From Balanoglossus misakiensis (lineage: Eukaryota; Animalia; Hemichordata): a stretch of DNA of 64,000 bases. Position numbers and translations under genes: made by a program. Shown piece after piece: positions 13,736 to 28,470 of the stretch (positions within the stretch are counted from its first letter, which is position 1; every line of letters starts with the position of its first letter). The notes beneath the pieces were generated by a model. That model was not told the DNA's origin. It saw only the letters and a list, made by a program, of their open reading frames with translations, and made no database searches. The stretch is taken from positions 9,822,088 to 9,886,087 of the forward strand of contig CM082590.2 of assembly GCA_040954595.2 (NCBI GenBank), read 5' to 3'.

Positions 13736-13915
13736 GTAACTGCCACAATGTAGTTACTTTGTATTACAATGTACATCATTACTAACAATGTGGTTGTTAC
13801 TTTGTATTACGCTGTAGTGTAATAGCTACAATGTACACCATCACAAATAAAGTGATTGTTACTTTGTATTACACTGTAGTGTAACTGCTACAATGTACAT
13901 CATTGCGAGCAGTGT
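13736..13915. repeat. Degenerate ~60-bp minisatellite, member of a dispersed repeat family
   Basis: Repeated GTGTAACTGCTACAATGTACATCATT...GTTGTTACTTTGTATTAC units. A near-identical copy lies at 63825-63925. Confidence 0.8.
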
Positions 13916-15537
13916 GGGGTCAATTCTTTACACGAAGTGATGCGGGTCAAATATCGTGTTATAGTCCCCAGATCCTATCTCTCTCTCGCCCTCCCCTCTT
14001 GTCAGGTTAGCTCTCGCGAAGCTTAGACGCTCATGAGGTCAGGGCAACTTTGAACTAATTACAGTGTGTGTTCTCCACTCCATCAGCACCTACAACGCAC
14101 ACACATGTCAATGCATGCCATGGTAACTCTCATCGACACGTCTCGTCTGTTTACAGTCAACGTCGACGATGTCAGTTAACCTGGCCAAGCAGCTGTCTAT
14201 CAGCAACGCTGTTTATACAGCATTCCTGTAAGTTGAGGCTTTATTTCACGCGTGGTTTGTGCTTTTACTTGAGAAAATAACTCATGTCATGCTTGTTTGT
14301 TTTTCTACTTCAACAAGCATGACAAAAACATTGTGCACTATATCGCAGAGTCACTGCGTTATAGGAAGCGAAGGCAGTCCACTATTTGAACTTGCGTCGA
14401 ACGCAAATTTGCAGAACATTTGGATTGGAGTGGACGTAATGTTCGTACACACGAAGTTACGTACATTAGGGGCTGGGAATGGGGTAAGAAAATGACAAAT
14501 AAGGCTTTACTTACCAATAATTGATCTTTAATGTTGCGCCAACTTTGCTGTGCCAGTTTCCATCTCTCTTAAGTCAGGGTCACGTGACTCCAAATGTCCA
14601 ACGGTCTTATAATATCCATACATTTCGATTCAATGGCTTGCTTTATCCCACGGTTTTATTCCTCTCCAAGCTTCTGAACACAGAACAGAGAATCCAGGTC
14701 CTGAAAAATAGCGTAAAAGAGACAAAAATTGTAAACATGTGAAAAGTGGAATTTCAAATGATACAGTCGTTTTAATTTCTTTCATTGTATCTATCAAGTT
14801 GGAATACAAAAAAAACCGCCTGGGGGTTGCAGTTGGTAACACCTGCATCTCACTGATCGAGAAGATCGCTTCCGGAAAGAAGTGACACCTTTTTGATACA
14901 AAACATCAACTGCACAAAGTTAATATCATCACCGTCGTTCCGGCAACCGGATTTACCCCTTCGGCGGGAAACGAGGAAAGCGCAGCAGATGGATTTTTTC
15001 ATGTTCGCCGGCAACAATCCAATATGTCGCCTTTTGTCCTGTGGCAGTCCGTTTGTTGGTGCATATTGTGCACTGTTTTGACATTGATTAATGGCGGGGA
15101 TTTCTTTGACAATATTGGCCAGGCCTTCGATATGAGACGAACACAGATTTCGCGTAAATTATCGTGATGAACGAATTGCAGAGTTTGAATTGAATACGAT
15201 TGTCGGCAGGCTTGCTTGTCGTGTGAGGGGAAAGTTGGAGTGAATGCACTCATTCACTTTTTTTTTAATTCTGTCATGCAAATCAGAAAATCACATGCTT
15301 CCTACTAGAGTTCGAGGTTAAAACTTTGTCTAAATGTTGAAATTTCCTGATCTACTTCATCGTTTGCGACCGTCATTACATTGACTCAAATCCGTACCTC
15401 CTAACGTTGTCTGTTCATCCACGTTTTAGCTATTTCTATTAATGCTAATTTCTCTGGTAAAATCAATTACTTTCTGGGTCGACAATCTGTCTGTACGTCT
15501 ACCATATGTTTCTGATCTAAACATCTGTCTGCCTCTC

Positions 15538-15662
15538 TATGTATGTATGTATGTATGTATGTATGTATGTATGTATGTATGTATGTATGTATGTATGTAT
15601 GTATGTATGTATGTATGTATGTATGTATGTATGAATGTATGAATGTATGTATTATGTATGTA
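15538..15662. repeat. (TATG)n microsatellite
   Basis: Pure TATG run to ~15632, then degenerate. Confidence 0.98.
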
Positions 15663-18600
15663 GACATGACAGAGCTACTTTTTGCAACTTTTCCCCGGCT
15701 TACTAGACGATTCCTATTCGTTGATCTGTTTGCTTTTGTCATTCCTAACTTCACCTCTGATTGGCTGACTATGGCACATGACAAAGGATGATAAATCGCT
15801 GCTTTGTTCTTGTTAATACTGTTCGTTTACATCGGCATAGCGCCTCCTACCGGGGAAAAGTGGATTCAGCACGCGATGCCCTTAGACAACGATCTGAAAA
15901 CAGCAAACGTGAGTGAGCTCGGTAGTATTGACACTTTGCCAACAATTGTTTACAGAAATCGAAAGCGTGGGAGCAGGTGACCTTGAAAGTGTGCCAATTT
16001 CCTGAGCAACACGAGATGAGTAATGAACGGACTAACCCAAAGCCCCAAGACTATTTCATTCGCAAACACGTTCTCGTCACGTGGAGGACACAATCATCAC
16101 CCGAGCAAGGTTTTGTAAAACGTGCATCGGTTAAATGATTTCAGTCATCCGCATCGGTGCGCCTGTTTTTCTTTTTTTTCCGTGTTTTTCACATCCTTGT
16201 TGACATCATCCGTCCTTGGCTTTGAAGTGGTACAGGTTGGTACCGAGATGACGTGGGTTTAGAAGGAGTTCAATGATCGGTTACATTAGTACTAATATCG
16301 TTACATCTACTGCTCCCCCCTCTCTCCCTTCTCTCTCTGACTCTGTCTCACCAGAGTTTTGACTCATCCTTTCGATGATATGACTAACACAGTCATGCTC
16401 TGAACAAAACGAACTTTTTAATGATAGCAGCGATTAAAACTTCTTCTAAAGTTTTCTTTTCAAAACGTATGTTTTTGTCATCAATAATTTGCTGTATCAC
16501 TTGTTAACTGAAAATGATGCGGATTTTTCAAGGCTATGTTTATGTCCCCCTAAGTAAGTGCCAATAATCGACTACCTGTGAGACACAGCTAGGACCTAAC
16601 GGGCTCGACGCGTTGCCGCCACCAAGAGGGAGAGGATGACGATTGTGTTGTGTCATAGACCCCCTGCACGTTCGTCGTTGATTGATGGATGGGAGTTCAC
16701 TTCAAGGACAGGGGGTGCAAAAGTGAAAGTCCTTGGCCCTGTCCTCGTCCAAGGCCGTGTCTGGCCTGTCCTCACGTTCCCCGGTCAAGCTGAGGTCGAC
16801 ATCCAAACTACATGATTGTATTTACAAAATACATTGAACAATCGGTAAAAAAACATCTCCCTTTTTGATCAAATTGAACTGATGACGTTCTGGGGTTTTC
16901 CTCCATTTTTTACTTTAAAAATCGACAAGAGACCCCACACCCCAACGACTTAATAAACCCAATTGTCTTTGCAATGAATTGTACCAACAATTCTAATGAT
17001 TATAAGCACAACAATGCCCAAAATTCACACATTTATTGAGCTTCGATCAAGTCTGATGTACGATATCACAAGAGCGCCACCAGCGGTCAATTATGACCAT
17101 GACGAGTTATATTTCACTGTCACTTCGCGCCTTTCGGAGAATTAATTATTAAAATTTTAATCTATATTCCACTAATGACTCGCAGCCGAACCGTAATTTT
17201 GAGTGTAGTGAATATTGTTCCTGGGCAAGGGCGCCGGTTGTCGCGATCTATTCTGTGGATTTTATTGAGCGTTGGTCTACATGTGTACGTCGAATTATCA
17301 CATATTGTTCTAATCCATCAAGTATGATAGCTATCTTATCGTGTGCAGCGAATTCTCTCCGAAATATTTTCTGAATCTTGTCAACGACTTGATCTAATAA
17401 GGAACCGAGACATATGCAATACTGCTCAATCTATCGGCTGATTGCGACAATGTAGGATTTAGCGCATAGGATACTGGCGGCCAATAATCTGGGTTTGAAT
17501 TCAGTATACAAAAACACTTCTTTTTTGGACAAATTTCAAGAAATTGGCCTTAGTTTTAGTCGGAGTGGTATTGACCAAACACAAAGATCTTATCCGGTCC
17601 AGAATTGTTGTTATTTGCGCGACAAAATGACGCTGTTTGAAATTTGTGTCAAATCAGAAAGGGCGCGAAAAGCGACAGCTATTGTCGTCATCATTCATTT
17701 GTGATTCATTCATCACTGACATGATTATCAGCACGTGTCGTTTTAATCTAATTTTGCAATAATCTATCCGCTCGTCCCGACATGGTGCAGTTCCCCACCG
17801 TTATTCGTGGAAATTTGTGTCGTTATGGTTACTTGACACCATTTATTCCACCCATCAGGGGTAATACATTGGAAATGATGTAATATTTATAATTTTTGGA
17901 ATGAAAAAAAAGGCTGAAAAATGGACCGGTGCTATGGGACTGCAGATATCTAGAAGGACACTTGGGATTTCCCAGATTAGGGGAATGATCGGATAAACAC
18001 ATCGTGTACGGAACGTCGAGGTCCGTCTACTGACACGACATATACGCACGAGGTTTCAACTCCCAGTCGCAGCCTCGACATTGTTTTCTACAAGGGAAAG
18101 CATTCTCATGTAATCCAGGTTATCTAGTTGGAAATAGAATAATCACAAACCATACGACGAACAAAATGATGGATGTCCCCTCATTACTATGCACGCGAAC
18201 CATCACCTGACAGATTTGACATGGGCATTGTAGCAAAACATTATATGACCTGCAAGTGTGGGGTTACAATTTGGCAGTTACTGAATTATAATTTACCGTT
18301 ATCTCATATAACACCACACCACACCACGCCACACCACACCAGGCCACACCACACCGCATCACATCACATTTCATTATACAACACCTACAACACCAAATTA
18401 CATCACTCGATCGGTGCTATGTCACGACGAACCAAATTACATCATGATCCCGCCATATTTAATGCGGAACATTGCACTTCTCCACATAAACTATCAATCA
18501 CACATTTGTACGTCTCATCGACATAATAACTAATCAAACCAAGGTCACTCCACATCATTGATGAAAGTTATCTCCAGTACAACCAGGGTTCAGTCAATAC

Positions 18601-18756
18601 AATGCAAGCCCTGCCATCACCCTGACATGCGATCCAGCAAACACCCTTCTGACAAGAAGAGCGCCACCACACTACAGCAAAAATTGTCGTCGCAAAGATT
18701 TTCCCGCCAAACTTCCAATATGGGATCATATGGTGACATTGTTTACTTCAGGACAG

Positions 18757-18879
18757 AAAATGTAACAACTTATGGAAACAGTTGGCGCCGCCTCGCCCGA
18801 AGTTTTCGGAAATTCTGTTACACTGTACAATTTAGCCATGATATCATATGCAACGCGTCAGTTTCACTTGTTACATTTT
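18757..18879 (-). mobile_element. Short dispersed MITE-like repeat, copy 1
   Basis: Bounded by AAAATGTAACAA...TTGTTACATTTT. Its reverse complement aligns with the copies at 22161, 28471 and 46489. Confidence 0.6.
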
Positions 18880-20004
18880 AGTCAATTCATCACTTAAATA
18901 AGGTCAAAGGTCAGTGACCGAGAATACGTATCACCGACTGCTTCATTCTTTTTTTCCGCGCGCGATTCTTAGGTCTTGAACGAAACTAAAATTGTTGTTG
19001 ACAGGAAAAGACATTGTTTCTATAATATCTCCCTGTATTGTGACACTGAATCGAAATTTGTAGTAATGCCGTATTGAATTCCTATTAATTAATTTTACTA
19101 GGAAAATGCAGTTTTGAACAAATACGCACTCTCATTTTCATTAAAAAACACATATAATAGCCCTGGATCCAGAAGTTTATCAGGACGTTTCACGATACAA
19201 TTTGTCGCAAAAATGTCGCAAAAACAAACACCGCCGTAAAAGCACGCCATGCCCTTTGCCTATGCAAGGCATACATAGCAATGAATTATACTTAGACTAC
19301 TGCTGACGCATAATAACTAGATGCATACACCGGGGTAATTTAATCTCCGTAATGTCGATTTGATTGAGAGCCTCTGTTTACGTGTGTGATGTAATATATG
19401 TAATTTTAACAACTCGTTGCAAGGTAGGCCGTTCAATCTACATTAAATTTTGTACCTCATCGTCACGCACTTTGTTTCTGCGCGCGACAACGTCAAAAAG
19501 TTCGACTGAAGTTCAAACGCGCAGGAACCACGGGATTTACACTGTTCACGCGTCTCCATCATCGATTTCCACTTCTAAGTATAACAAAGTATTCCCATTT
19601 CATTAGGGGTTATGCTATTAAGTAATTATTAATAATGCATTGTGTGACACATTGTAAGGGATTGCCTCTCGCTGGTCAGCCTTTGTCGTTGCAACAATTG
19701 TGTTCCTCCATCTCCGCGAACTCATGCCGAGAAATGTTTTGACTGATCAATCGTGGAAATGAAATTCCTAGGACACCAATTGATATTTATCGGGTGGCTT
19801 AATTGATATAGAAGTTTCAAGAATAGATATGGATAGCTTACAGCGTGTTTAAAATGACAAAGTTGATTGTGTGGGGATTTTTACAAAAAAATTGAAACGT
19901 CACCTAAAGTTACTGCAGTTCTGAAACACCTTAAACAAACAAACGAATTTGTGAATACTATTCTTGCACATCAACATCGACAGTATTTCTCAACATCGCT
20001 GTTA

Positions 20005-20121
<117 letters not shown>

Positions 20122-20166
20122 GCGAAATTAAGACATAGATTAGTGTGAAGGAAGGTATGTCTAGGT

Positions 20167-20181
20167 GACAGACAGGCAGGC

Positions 20182-20273
<92 letters not shown>
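20167..20273. repeat. Compound (GACA)n(GATA)n microsatellite
   Basis: Directly visible. Confidence 0.97.
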
Positions 20274-21196
20274 TTTATCGCTCTATTCATTACGGCAAAC
20301 CACAATATAATATTGTCGAGGGTTTTCATCTCAATCATGTCACTTTGAGAGATCATTAAATCGAAATAATTAATATTTAATCAGTTTGGGAAACACAGTG
20401 TATCATAAAGTCTGCTATTTTTTCATGGCTTTGATGGTGCATTGTTTCGCTGGCCGACCGCAAGCTTGCTCTCGGCATTTGAGAGGAAAGCGGTTGAGAA
20501 ATCGTCAAAGGGGACAACTGGCAACAATGGCTGAACAATTCAACTGAATGGAAAATAGCAGCTCTATTATGACCGCAGAAGCGCTTTTTATTGTTGCGCG
20601 AAATTGGGGAGAAATCCCGTAAGATACTCGGCGTATTTCAGAGGATGTGTTTGACGGAAAGTACATTGTGGTGGGGCTACAGACAGTGCGTTGTTAGGAA
20701 GAGTGGGCTGTTGATTCGTGTGAGAGCGAGGTGACGCTTTGAGGGGACATCTTTAGAATTGTTTTGACAGAGAGCGAGGAGAGAGTACCGTCACAAAAGC
20801 CTCAAACAGGGGATTTGTAACAGGAATCTTCCTTTTCACGGATGTTCATCGAGGGAAGGGTTCTTTTTTGTTCATCAAAGCGGCCATGTGGTCTGTCCAT
20901 TTGTCTTCATCTATCATCCTGTCGTTTGCCAGTCATCCTTTGCGCCAGGGATTGTGATATTAAAAAATTGGGAATGAAAACCTTGCGTTTTCATGGATAG
21001 CCGAGCAGGTGTGGTTTTCTGTGGCATAGAGCTTTGTGTTAGTTAAAGCGATTTGGGTTAAAGAACCGGCAAAGTATGATCTATGTTATACAATAGGTTT
21101 ATTGTGAAGGCTGGGGATATCGCTGTTCTCTACAGGATACCTGTTTGAGCTGAGTTGAAGGAAATTTATAGACGGAGGTATTGGAAGATATCTTGC

Positions 21197-21362
21197 CATC
21201 AACTCATCCATCCATCCGTCCATCCATCCATCCCTCCATCCCACATCCATCCATTCATTCATCCACCCACCCACCCACCCATCTATCCATCCATCCCTCC
21301 CTCCATCCATCCATCCAACCAACCAACCAACCAACAACCAGTCCGTCCATCCCCTATCCCCC
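21197..21362. repeat. Degenerate (CCAT)n/(CCAC)n/(CCAA)n simple repeat
   Basis: Directly visible. Confidence 0.9.
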
Positions 21363-22160
21363 ATTCACTCTCTCTCGATGGATACTTTTACAGAATATGG
21401 CAAGTGCCACTTTACGGTAACAGTATGGGCGCGAGAAATAGTCTGGATGACTTCAACAAGCAATCAATATTCAGCTTGAGGGGCCCCGGAGGACCTAATG
21501 GGACAGTGCGTAAAAGCAGTCAATGAGAAGCAATCCATTCATAAAAATATCGCCGGTCCAGTAAACAACAGGTAAATTTACGACTGTGAGTTTTGAGATA
21601 TCACATTACAGCGCTATTTACAGCACAAGGTGGTGACCAGGTTTCACCTCAGTCTCTTTGCTGGCAGTGTGACCCACTCTATTTTCGCGCCACATCCACC
21701 ATTTTAAATCGGAAACTACAAAGCGAAAGAATTTCAAACTTGGTCTGCATGGCCAGACGTTTGACGAGCGAATAACATAAAGTAAAGCCCCAATACGACA
21801 TTATTAAAAAAAGCACAGACGTCAATGGCGGGTCAAAGGTCAATTGCAGCCATGGGTCTCTTCAATGTGTACTCAAAGCGCGCGTTGAAATTCTCGAATC
21901 GCAAAATCAGTCATGTTTATCCTCAAGTTGATTAGTTTCAGTAATCACACAGAACCCCTTAGGACGCCCTCCTCCCCAAAAATAATCATCACCACGCTTG
22001 ATATCACACGCCTTATGAAACGCCAAGTTCAATCTGATCACAGCACGTGACGTCACAGCATCACGTGGGAGGCCTTTTCCTACACTCAAAACAAATCATT
22101 TTGTTGCGATTTGCTTTTGAACTAGATTGCAAGATAGACACTAAGAAAGATGAGTTGAGT

Positions 22161-22294
22161 AAAATGTAACAAGTGAAACTCTAAAGTGGCTACATCTGAT
22201 GAAAAGGATGAACTATATTTGTGCTACAATGTAACAGAAATTACAAACGCGTCCTGCTGCGCGACGCCATGTCTGCCATCGGTTGTTACATTTT
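22161..22294 (+). mobile_element. Short dispersed MITE-like repeat, copy 2
   Basis: AAAATGTAACAAGTGAAACT...GATGAAAAGGAT...TACAATGTAACAGAAATTACAAA...TTGTTACATTTT. An inverted partial end also occurs at ~23195-23224. Confidence 0.6.
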
Positions 22295-24010
22295 CATTTG
22301 CAGAGTTTTCCCGTTATTGTCGCGTTATCAAGTTGTAGTGGGCTTCTCCCAATTTGTTACAAACAGCACAGTTGTGATAATTGAGTATTAATGAAATTTG
22401 TACAAAATTTCCAATATTATGCATATCTGCCTAATTGATCAGCAAGTTCATTGGTTTTCTTCATTTCATTTACCTGCATTTAACATTTCGTTCTAAATAC
22501 TGAATTAAAAAGTGGCGGTGGATGGATTGATCGATCAAACAGAATCGGATTATACCACTTTCTTTTAACATGACACTCGCGGAGGCAAATAACTGGGAGC
22601 TAATGAGGGTGATTAACATGCAAATCTCTTGTCATATGTGCTGAGGGAAAATCAATATTTGATAAAATAACAAATTCTATTCACATGATAAAATGGACAC
22701 TTCCCACACAACGCGTCTTCCGGCAACCTAATCGTATGGATTACATTTAGAATTAGCTAGAGAGATTGGTATCACGTGATTTGCGCGTGAGGTCGCAGTG
22801 AATTTATCAGATGAAGTTGTAGCATCTTTCTGTACATCAACACATTTTCTTGTTCTACTTCAAACATTTTCCAATATCAACAGCTCAATTACGCAACAGT
22901 ATCCCATAATGCAACAATCGTGGGTCAAAGTTCGGGATGTAAAACTTCGGCCTGATTTCAGAGGTATAGAAGAAAATGCGAAGGACTAAAACGATGTAAA
23001 AAATTTAGGTGGGAAACACAAGTAGCAGGCGACAATTTGTCTTCATTTTCCTTCCAATCACAAACGTCCCATTCGTTTGAAATTAACATTACTCCAAAGG
23101 ATGGAAGGAATGGGTCTTTCAAATACAATTTGCTGCAAAAGTGATGCGCAATTCATTTTACCAAGCTAAAACATCACCAGTTTTACATTTGCATCAGAGT
23201 TTTTACTTGTTACATTTTAGTCAAGCTATCTCCCTGGGAGTTTTGTAGTTTCATCGAATCCGTTTCAAAGAACGAATCGTAGCACAATTCATGGTTTGGC
23301 AAGCGTTATGCACAGAACAAAAAAATGTGAAATATTACATTTACAGCCACTGTCACTTAAAATTTCCAACAGCCCAAAGGGAATATTACAAATTCGTCAC
23401 CTTACACGGTACCTTGAAACAGAAGAGAGAGATGTGTTCTACGATATAAATAATAAAACACCCTAAAACAATAGACGGCAGCCTTCTTGAAAGGCGCCAA
23501 TCACACTCCTGTCGACGAGGGAAATAAGTTTTGGGTTTGCGAGCGATAAAGAATGTTAACAACAATGGTTAGTGTTGTATGGAAGTCTTTTCAGAATGCA
23601 ATATCTGCTTAAGGCCGAACTGAAAAGCTTTATATTCCTATTTTATGACGCTTGAAAGGGCCGAATGAATGCGAGAGATAAATATTATTTAAAAGCGTAC
23701 AGGTCTGCGGTTTGAGGTGGATGTACTATCTTGGCGCCTTCTTGTGAAAGAAATTAATGAAGTTCCTGTTCCAGTTCTCGCTTTGTGATTATTTATTCTC
23801 GTTTTTTAGTACTTTTCTATCCGGTTTTGTTTAATTTTGTAACCCTCCGATATCCTCAGCCGCGATCATTTCTCACCGTCGATGTTACAGTGACCACTCT
23901 CTCGTTCTAAGCTATTCTCGCGTTGCCGTGGCCTGTGGGCGACCGAATCATTTTAAATCCCTCCCTTTGTCCAAGTCTAACCACCATCTCCTTACACTAT
24001 GCGCACCTCT

Positions 24011-24644
24011 AGGGGAGAACAATTTGATTTCGGGGGGGGGGACCTTTGTAGGATTTTTTGAAGAAAAAAAAATATTGTAGGATTTTTGAACAAAAAATTC
24101 TTGGTGCGGAGGAAAACCATTCTTCCGCAATGTGTACCGGCCAGTCCGCCATACACTGTTGCAGCTGACGCGTTGTAGTTGGCTACAACACGGTCTCTGA
24201 CAACCATGGACCCCAACGCCGCGCCAGTGGGTTCATGCGTACACACACCGAGATTTCGAACAAAGTAAACTTTGAAGTTTTAGCTTACATTGTTGCACGA
24301 TCTTTGTGCGTAGACATTAAGGAACATTGGCGGGTATTTCGATGCTTAAATTCATCGAAATAATTCTAAAATTTACCAAAATATCCACTCACCAGAGCCT
24401 CTAGCGTAGCTTGTCCTGGGGGCTGCCATCTTGGAATACCCATAATACCATCTTGGAATACCCATAATGCAATGCGAATATCTCCCTTGGGTGGTTTTTT
24501 TTTCTGGGCTGGCGTTTAGATATCTTATATACTAGAATTATTTTTTCTTGGCGTGTATTTAATTCTCTTAAGAAGTGTTTTCTTTTTATCGGGTTGGTTC
24601 ACTAAGGCAGCCCCGCCTCTAGTTGATATGAGTTATTCTCCCCT
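24011..24644. mobile_element. Possible non-autonomous DNA transposon (MITE) with imperfect 14-bp terminal inverted repeats
   Basis: Left end AGGGGAGAACAATT, right end AGTTATTCTCCCCT (2 mismatches). Internal poly-G and poly-A/T tracts and a 22-bp tandem duplication (CCATCTTGGAATACCCATAAT..) at ~24426-24468. No clear target-site duplication. Confidence 0.4.
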
Positions 24645-25435
24645 CACCTTAACTTGTGGCTGAACCATCCCTGTGTCACTCCAGAACCCCAAGTCTGTCC
24701 CAGGCTGTATCTATCGTTCCCTTCTGCTTCGTAGCAGGATCCCTCTCTGTCTACATCTATCAGTCACTGTCTGCCTATTATTGCCCCCTCTGCCCCTGTT
24801 TGTCTGTCCGTCTGGTTGTCTCTACCTCTCTCCCCCTCTCTTTCTCAATCTACATCATTGAAGCTCCATCAGCTGCAAATTTTCGCTATGTTTTCAGAAT
24901 GCTTGTTTTGTGTATTTACTGGAATTTATAGATGAAATACCCAGTTTTCAGCTTATAAACACAACATTTAACTATATATTCTGAACAAAGGAGTGTTATT
25001 ACACAAAGATTATGCGCATACACCTATCATTGTTAAAACATTATATGTCTAATTTTAGTTACCTGATAAATGTGTACGAAAGCAAGTGAAGTCTCGCATT
25101 TTCCCGCCCATGATTGACCATACTTTATTCATCGTATATACTGATGCGTTGGAGAATGATGAATCACTTTACAAAAGTTCGCCGAAGGCACTAGTAGCCT
25201 AATGCAACATCCACACACACTAATGCGGGTGAGAATACACGTGTAATGAAAGCTGACCAAATGTCAAGCGAAATTCGTCGTCTTGCTAACAGCCCCCATG
25301 GTGTGCAGCCTTCACTTTGGACAAGAGCATTCCATCTCTGTCGCTTCTCACTATTATCGTTCCCATCTCGGAATCGAGAAGTGGATCAGCGTGCCCATAA
25401 GTATCAATTGAAACAGTCGATTAAAGGGACAACAA

Positions 25436-25518
<83 letters not shown>

Positions 25519-25550
25519 CCGCCGCCACCACCACCACCACCGCGTTCAAT

Positions 25551-25644
<94 letters not shown>
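25436..25644. repeat. Two (TCA)n tracts separated by a (CCG/CCA)n interruption
   Basis: Directly visible. Source of the poly-Ser and poly-Met ORFs. Confidence 0.98.
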
Positions 25645-28470
25645 AGGAGACTCGGTAATAATTGTTCGTATATTCTATTTTATTCTCCAAGAATAACAAA
25701 ATTATATGATTTTAATATAAAAAATTGAATTTTTTTAGAGATAAACCCAAGTTCACAAGGTGAGAAAATGCATTTGTGTATTTGGACTCTAGGCGTCGCT
25801 TTTGTGGTCTGTCGCTCAGCAACAACCGTGGCGCGAGTTGTCTTTGTCTCTCATCACTCCTCAATCTTCTAATCTAATTACCATGTTAATTTACCAACAC
25901 CGCCCCGTATTGACCCCTAACCTTGAGTGGAGTGTCCGGCGAGTAAACAAAGCGGCTCGATTTGTCCGAGTGCCGATTTGGAGGTGTAAGACAGGGCCAT
26001 TGATCCGGCTAATTACATTTCTGAACACTACATCACCAAACGAAAGATGGTGCCGACCCTTTGTGAGGGCCAGTCACTCCAGTCCTCCGGGACCACCACA
26101 ATTTGTTCATCTGCTTTGAAATCGCGCTTCTGTGCTCACTCGAGCGTCGTCGTCGGAGCACGTTGATCATCGTGTCGTAATAGAGCTATCAACAAGATCA
26201 GAGAAATCCCGATTTCAATGTTCAACTCTTTAATTTCTGCGGACACTATCTTGCCACATCACGCACTTCAATCACACCCTTGAAATACTCGCGGAAATTT
26301 GCATAAAACTATCGTGTATCTCCTTACTGTTTCAATGTGCTACAGTTACAAACCGATTCAAGAGTTCTCAGCTATACTCAGTTACACCGCTAATTTTTCA
26401 AAGAATTTCACATCAACTGGTCAAAAATACATCACAATTTGAGAAAGTTCAGATACAAAATACAATTGAAGGTGAAACTAACACATATTCTCTAAATTAT
26501 ATGTTAAAATAACTTAGTCATACATTAAAAAAAATCCATGATTTTTTACTATTGAGATTTGATATTAACATGTTTAAGGCTGCTAAAGAACTCCATTTGA
26601 TCGGTTAGGTCATTTCGTCCAAGGCGTCATGGCGGACAATGCAAAAGTGGTATTGAAATTTGGGTCAATATTTATCAGCCTACAATATCTGCCAAAGTAC
26701 ACTATAGCTCGCATTGGCAGCAATCTTGAAGTGCTCTCGTAGCAAACTTTGTTGAACGACAAAAAGTGACTCGACGAACAGACGCTTTCATCGAACAGGC
26801 ACCATCTGACAGGTGCGAAGTGCACATATATCAACACATACCCTGCAGAAGACTGTAACCCATGATGGGTCAAAGGTTAACCCGTTTCATTCGACATCAA
26901 AAGGGAGTTGACCACAGTTCCGAGCGGAAATTTGTGACATGTCCGATGCAAGAGAATCAAATCGAAGAAAACTGATTTACACACTATTTAATTATAAGCA
27001 ATAAACAATAATTAAGAACAGTTCACCTCACTATTTTTTCACGAACGCACGTGTTTACAACTTTAATTCACAAAACACGTTTCTTTATCCAAAACCTTGT
27101 TTTCAATTTTAGTTTATCTGTATTTGATACCTTGCTAATGTTTTTGATTTCAGTGAAATGTCATTAATATGGGAGGTTTGTATAGGGGTATGATAAGTAC
27201 CAGAGCCATGACGGCGATCCTAAATTGGTATATTCTTGTTTCTCTGTGCGCAGGGCGCGCGCTTTGCTACTAGTAGTCCATCGGTTGCTTTGACAAACGA
27301 TCCGTTGCGAATATATGCAACGGCCCTTGTATATCAGATGAGATAAAAATGTCCCCAGTCATTAAAACTGGACAAAAACCGAGGGAGTTGTTTTTTTCGC
27401 CGTCTCGGCTGGCGAGATCGGGTTTAGAAAGGGGATTACATAACGGAGCGGCGTGTGCTGTGTACACAGAGACGCCGAAATAGGTGACTTTCTTTTCACC
27501 GTGTTTAAACGGTGGAATCTAAATACAGCAAATGCTATAATTGGATCTGTCGCTTTTCTATACAAATGCAAACGAACTGTAACTGACACCGCCGAGTTTT
27601 GGTGCTCTTTGCAGTTCAGCCGGGTGGAGTTGCACCTTGTAAGCACGAACTACGGTCCCTGTAACATTTGGAAATGGCGCGGGGTGACTCTCTACATGGT
27701 CCCACGTGTTTGAGATTTCCTCGCGCCCCTTGTGTGGTTTCCTCACAGTCAGTGGTCAGTTCATCTCCGGACAGTGTGGCCGCAAGGTCACAGCCGGGTG
27801 CACTGAAGTTTGACCGGTCGGCGGCGAATAACACTGGGAACTCTAATGTCATCATGGGACCCGCCTTTACTAAGACTTCGCATTCACCGCAATTGTTGCT
27901 GTACAAAGACACCGCCAGGCAGATGTCTGACGCAACTTAAGTTTCCGACAAATCCACGGGAATTTGAACTCTTGCCGCGGAGACGATCTCAAAACGCCCG
28001 GTACGTGGGCAAAAAACACCGATCTACAAACCTCCGATGGTGAAAAATGCCACATTTTGGTAAGTAAGTACCCAGCACCTCGCTACCGCAGCGCATTTCT
28101 TTCGTTTTTACTCACGGGGGCCACTTTCAATAAATCTGTAATAGGTTCTTTGTGATTACGCCTTTTTCTCTCATTTACATTTTTCGTCGCATCGTTTTTG
28201 TCCTCCCCCTCGTCCCATAAACAGCGGCACCGAGTGATCTCGGAGAGCAACCACAAAAATACCCTTGGATAAGAAACAACAACCGCACATCCGAATTACA
28301 AAGAGACCGATTATATAAGACCGATATTTTCACGACGAAGTTTGTTCCTTCATTTACCAAAACGACCGACTGTCTGCGTGTACAAGGATACCCAAAATAT
28401 AAATTGTTTTTACAAGACGACAAAAAATACGCACTCTGATTACCCGCACTACAAGGAGAATAAATTGATT

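Noticed and set aside
16782-16798. DR5-like CGGTCA-agctg-AGGTCG (also AGGTCA-cagcc-GGGTGC at 27785)
   Set aside because: Two mismatches to the RARE consensus, so not distinguishable from background.
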